Shown in pieces: positions 58,520 to 64,000 of a stretch of DNA of 64,000 nt. How positions within the stretch are numbered: the first letter of the stretch is position 1; each line of letters starts with the position of its first letter. The stretch spans positions 353,710,001 through 353,774,000 of the forward strand of contig OZ024741.1 of the NCBI GenBank assembly GCA_964016885.1. The letters are read 5' to 3'. Below the pieces are notes generated by a model, which was given only the letters and a program-made list of their open reading frames with translations, was not told the DNA's origin and made no database searches. A program made the translations under genes and the position numbers. The DNA comes from Eledone cirrhosa. Taxonomy: Eukaryota.

Positions 58520-60300
58520 GGATAAGGACAGAAAGGTCAAAATGGAATATTTCAAGATTCCATTCGTTAACTCGTTTGATAGGCTGGGTCTGAATTCAAT
58601 TTTTAGAAATAGGAAGGTACATGGATGCTTATCCGAAGAGATATGGGATAGGAGGATTTGCGTTAGTTATTCAAATCGATCTGCTACCAGGAAGTAAGGC
58701 ACGTAATTATTGGTGATCTGAGTATAGTTGAGAACAATGATCTTAGGTGGCTTATGATAAAGGGAACTACATTTAGGGAATCTGTAAGGACATACGGGTC
58801 CACAGTAGGTAAATTAGTGTTGGAATCAATTGATGATTTCGTGGTTAGGTTAGGCCTGAAATTTGATCTTGTTTGAGAGGTGTTCAAGAAAAGGAAGGGG
58901 AGAGTTGTTAGCTTGGTAAAGAAGTTAAGAGAGTTGGGCACGACGGAACAGGGGCTGTCTATACTTAATAGGCCCGAGGGGAAGCAATTTTTAAGTGGGT
59001 TTTACAATAGGTACATCATAGCACCGGTGGATAAAGCAGCAGGTGATTTCACTATAATATGCAAACATTACTACCTCTCGGTTTTATCTAGGAAGTTAGG
59101 ATATGATGTTAATTACAATTTTAGTGATAATGGTACCTACAAGCTGAGTCTGGGGAATATTAATCAACTGTTAGTAAAACTTAGGTTTGAAGTAGAGGAT
59201 TTCAGTGATTGCCAGTTGAAGGAGGAGAATGTGTGTGTGTTCCTAGAATTTTCTGGATACCCAAGTTGCACATGACGCCTTATGGGTGTAAATTTGTAAG
59301 TGTACGAATAAACAAGTAGCTATTTTAGTTAAAGAAGCTTTAGCAGTAATTAAGGAGACATTTGATAGATATTGTTGCACAATTCTTGCAAATAGTGGAA
59401 TTTATATAAGATGGAGTATAAGATCTACTGATTATTTTTTAACTAGATTGAATAGAATAAAGATGATAAAAACAGTGCACGGGTATGATTTTTCCACCCT
59501 TTACACTAGTTTGGAGCTGGACTTAGTTTTAAAAAGTGGGGTAGTATAATGCACATAGTTTTCGGTAATAAGTTCATGTATGTTTCCTTCAGGAACAGGA
59601 ACGGCTTCATATATGGATAAAGAACAATGGATACACTAATTTGACAAAGATTAAGCTCATATAGGCGATCCGCTTTATAGTAAAGAATTCTTACGTTAAT
59701 GTTGACTTACGGTAATGTTTTCGGACAGGTCAGAGACATTCCAATGGGCGGAAGCTGTAGCTCGCTCCTGGCGGATTTATATTTATCATCCAGTGAGTTT
59801 GACTATCTAGAGGAGTTAAGGAAGTTTAAAAGAATAGGTCAAATTAGGCAGTTGGTGATATATTGATGATATATTTGCCTAATTTTGGGCATTTCGAGGG
59901 TTTTCTACATAAGATCTATCCGAAGAGTTTAGAGGTGAATAAGAATGGGTGTGACGTTAGCAAAAATAATTATTTAGACATCACTATCGAAATAGGCAAT
60001 GAGACGATAGTTACAAAGGTCTACAATAAGACTAAGGGATTTAGCTTTAAGGTGGCATGGATTTGCATCTTGCTGTGCACCAATAGCTTTAGGATACAAT
60101 GTATTTTCTAGTCAAGTTATACGTTATGGTAGGATAAGTAGCCATGTGAATGTTTTTTACGAAGGTAGTGAATAAACTTTTAAAACATATGGTAGGACAT
60201 GGATACAATGAGTCATTTCTGATACATCGTTTTCGTCGGTGCATTGGCGCTAAAAGAGAGATTCTTGGAAAATTTGGGGTTATTCTAGATTACAGATGAA
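58520..60300 (+). pseudogene. Decayed PLE reverse transcriptase, Naiad-like
   Basis: IIAPVDKAAGDFTIICKHYY, YDFSTLYT, IPMGGSCSSLLADLYL, YIDDI, YLDITI..TKVYNK; multiple stops. Confidence 0.75.
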
Positions 60301-61180
60301 AGGCATAGGACTTTGAAATTAACTTATTTTCATTAAGGTAGTAGAAGCTTAGCCTATTTAAAGAGATTCCAAACAGTTTTGGTGGGGGTGTAGTTTCAGT
60401 TTGCTTTGGAAAGTTTACGGATTGGAATTTAAATTTTATTTATTTGCTTTCAAATCTATGTAAATGTCGTACATTTGCCTTAAAGTAGTAATTTTTAGTA
60501 AAAAAAAGGTAAATATTGGGCATTTTCTTGAGTATTATTTTGGTTTTTATGTTGTGTTGTAGGAACTAGACTTCTTGTTTTCTTCATCTTGTATTCGTTT
60601 CACATTTCTTTAATAACCTAGTTATTTTCTACGTTATTAATTTTGCTTTTTATGTTATGTTATGAGAACTAGACTTCCGGAGCCCGGCATCACGTCATCT
60701 TGAATAGTTTGAGGATTTAATGTCGTAGGTAAACGGGAGAGACTGGACCAAGGCCTATTACGTATTGGGGCCATACACGCTGCAGATAATAATAACTTTG
60801 ACTTTATTATATAGAAACTACGTGATATGATAACATCTGTCTTCCCCATTAGGTGGCTATTAAGGTCTGGTTGTGTAAGCCGAGTTTGAAAGGATGGGTG
60901 GTCTGCGTTTGATTTGCCAAATTTGGAGGGTAAGTACAGTTCGGTTTGGCAGGAGCCATGGGTACAGGTTGACATTAGGTTTAGGGTGTTTGCTGAGGGT
61001 TAGTGGAATGAATGGAACAATAACGGTCTTATTTACGTAAACGTATCGAGAGTCGATCGACAAGATCCCAGACCTCATTGCCCCCCCCCCCCCCCACACA
61101 CACATATATATATATATATATGTTGATTTAAGACTGCACTATCCACAAGTGTTTTCTAGCCTTCATATCATGTTCTCCTG

Positions 61181-61247
61181 TTTTATCTGATGAAAACACA
61201 AATATTATTGCATGATGATGTTTGTTTTTGAAATGCGCATAATAAAA
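61181..61247 (+). ncRNA. Hammerhead
   Basis: TTTTAT CTGATGA AAAC...TTTT GAA ATGCGCAT A ATAAAA. Confidence 0.7.
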
Positions 61248-61279
61248 TACATGGAACTCCTTTAACCATCTTTTGATCT

Positions 61280-61371
<92 letters not shown>

Positions 61372-61503
61372 AGATAAATCTACCAAAATGTACGGTAGTG
61401 TCCAATCCGTATGAAGAACTCAATGTAATCCAAATATCATGAAAAGAAAAGATGTATTCAAAATTTTTTCGATGAAAAACACAGGAAAACAGAGTCAAGA
61501 TAA

Positions 61504-63385
61504 ATTAATAAAAATAATGAATAAAAACAAAGAAACAGTTCCTTATATTAAAAAATTCATCATTTTACTATCGTTTCTAGGATATATATGTATGTGTTGG
61601 TATGTATATCATATAGATCTATGTAAAATTTTTACAAACTATCAGAGGGAATATACATACCTACACATATATATGCTGTCTTCAGAAATAATGATATTTG
61701 TTTATTGAAAAAAACCAACAAAGATTTAATATAATAGGTCTGTTTGGGAACAGGTTTTGAATTGACCAATAGAAAGGTAGTAAGTGGTCAAGATGGTAGA
61801 ATAGTAGTAATGGAACTTTAATTTATGGGTAGAGGAAAGCAGACTTCAGTTTTGAATGGAAAGAGTATTTGGGATGAAAAAGTTACTTTGGGGATGAAAA
61901 TAGGTCAAGTCGGTAAAAGGTACACGAAAATTTGATGTTATAAAAGAATAATGCTAATGTAAAAATCTAAGGAGAATAAAATTTTACGGTAAATGTGTTA
62001 GTGAAAAATATCACACCTAATTTGACTATCTCCTCTGATACAACATTCACGAAAGGTTGTAACTGTAGAAACAAAGCAAATTGCCCATTAAAAGGAAATT
62101 GCCTTATTAATAACAGTATATAAATGTAAAATTAACACTAAGGACTCAACTTATTCATATATAGGAGCTACTACTAACCAATTTAAAGTAAGATTTAATA
62201 CCCACAAACACAGTTTTTAAAATGCCACATTAGCTAATACAACATCCTTAGCTGAAATAATTAATAATTATAGACAAAAGAATATCGATTATAACCTGAC
62301 CTGGAGTGTGCTCAAAAGGGCCACCCCCTTATCAAAATAATAGATATGAATGTAGATTATGTTCCCAGGAACTTTTTGAAATAATGAAACCTAAGGATAT
62401 CCTATTAAATAAGCGACAAGAATTAATTATATCATGTAATCATAAAATTAGAAGAACTTTTAAATACTATAAACCTAATTAATATACACTTTACAAATTA
62501 TTATAATAATTTTTTTTTTTTTTTTCTAAATTGGTTAACCTATAATTAATATTCTACTACTAATGAACTGCATAATTTTATTTCCCTTTTACAGCTATCT
62601 TTTCCTAAAATTTATACCAATAAGTATACATATAAACTATTTTAGTTTCAGGTTATGAATCTATATTCCTTATAATCTATATAAATTTGTTATTTCTGAC
62701 TAATACATTTATCCCCCCCCCCCCAATTATTATTATTATTTTTTTATTTTCCCTTCGTTTTTAACAACATTCTTCAATTACATCTTATTTATCATATCTA
62801 TATGAATTAATATCAATTTATCAATATAAATATACCTATCAATTTAATTAATTTATTTTCTTTTTATAGATGTAAATTCCTTATGCTTTAAATAAGATTG
62901 ATATTTTTCACTAACACATTTACCGTAAAATTTTATTCTCCTTAGATTTTTACATTAGCATTATTCTTTTATAACATCAAATTTTCGTGTACCTTTTACC
63001 GACTTGACCTATTTTCAACCCCAAAATACTCTTTCCATTCAAAACTGAAGTCTACTTTCCTCTACCCATAAATTAAAGTTCCATTACTACTATTCTACCA
63101 TCTTGACCACTTACTACCTTTCTATTGGTCAATTCAAAACCTGTTCCCAAACAGACCTATTATATTAAATCTTTGTTGGTTTTTTTCAATAAACAAATAT
63201 CATTATTTCTGAAGACAGCATATATATGTGTAGGTATGTATATTCCCTCTGATAGTTTGTAAAAATTTTACATAGATCTATATGATATACATACCAACAC
63301 ATACATATATATCCTAGAAACGATAGTAAAATGATGAATTTTTTAATATAAGGAACTGTTTCTTTGTTTTTATTCATTATTTTTA

Positions 63386-63390
<5 letters not shown>
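61504..63390 (+). mobile_element. 5'-truncated PLE (Nematis-like) with inverted pLTR (61504-62013 vs 62899-63390) and decayed GIY-YIG (~62040-62480)
   Basis: CNCRNKANCPLKGNCL, YIGATTNQFKVRFNTHKHSF; degenerate CTGAAGA..GATA motif at 63205-63266. Confidence 0.85.
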
Positions 63391-63448
<58 letters not shown>

Positions 63449-63489
63449 CACACACACGTTTCTAATTTAGGAATGCCGACAAACTCAGG

Positions 63490-63860
63490 CGCGCGCAAAT
63501 ACACACACTGTCCTATTACCACTTAAGAGCTTTGGCCCGGGCAAACATCCCCTTGATTTTGGAACCGTCTGGGTTGCCCAGAATTGATGGGAAAAGGCCT
63601 GACGGTCTTACTCTATGCACCTGGATGCAGCGGAAAGGGCGAGAGCTACTGCATCCGCAACCGAACGGAATAAAATCCTAAAATAGGCAGTGGTGTTCGA
63701 GACGTTTGGGGGAGTCGGGCTACTGACTGTGAGGTTCTTATCTTCACTGGCGGATCGCCTGACCGGTGTAACTGGTGATGCTTGGTTGTTCCAGCACCTC
63801 AACCTCGCCATCACCCTAAGGAACGCTGTGAGTGCGCTGACTTGCCTCAAAAATGATTAG
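63490..63860 (+). pseudogene. CRE-like RLE fragment
   Basis: [39 protein letters not shown]. Confidence 0.7.
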
Positions 63861-64000
63861 ACAGGTTTCCCAGTGCTCCTCGCTATATTGTTATCTTTTG
63901 CTCTGGTAGCTGCTCGTTGGTCCACCCATTTCGCCAGCCTTTTTTTTGTATGTGGTCCTAGATGTGTGTATTACCTGTTTGTGTGTTGTATGTGGTTCTA

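Noticed and set aside
60974-61003. TTAGG/TTAGGG-like words
   Set aside because: Too few and imperfect to be an interstitial telomere.

Overview
This is an AT-rich, microsatellite-dense metazoan region, most likely octopus or another coleoid cephalopod (inferred from the tRNA-derived SINE with a Nin/Deu-type core and the repeat landscape). I found no host gene exon. The window is mostly retroelements: one nearly intact Neptune-like Penelope-like element (PLE; RT + GIY-YIG, ~1.3 kb inverted pseudo-LTR), several 5'-truncated PLEs, a decayed Naiad-like PLE RT, R4/Dong-, CRE-, RTE- and CR1-type LINE pieces, a decayed pogo/Tigger transposase and ~15 SINE copies. The main hidden signal is non-coding. 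Reading both strands shows about 25-30 type I hammerhead ribozyme (HHR) motifs from roughly ten unrelated repeat families, most with a palindromic helix III. They include compensatory U3-A8 cores in three unrelated families, C4 and A4 core variants, and long helix II insertions. Several sit in non-coding 310-545 bp tandem units with an inverted copy attached (retrozyme-like), embedded in (TA)n. The autonomous PLE also shows an upstream ORF overlapping the RT frame at a T TTT TTA slippery site. All structure calls are by-eye pairings and none is experimentally verified. Most ORFs in the supplied track are microsatellite artefacts.
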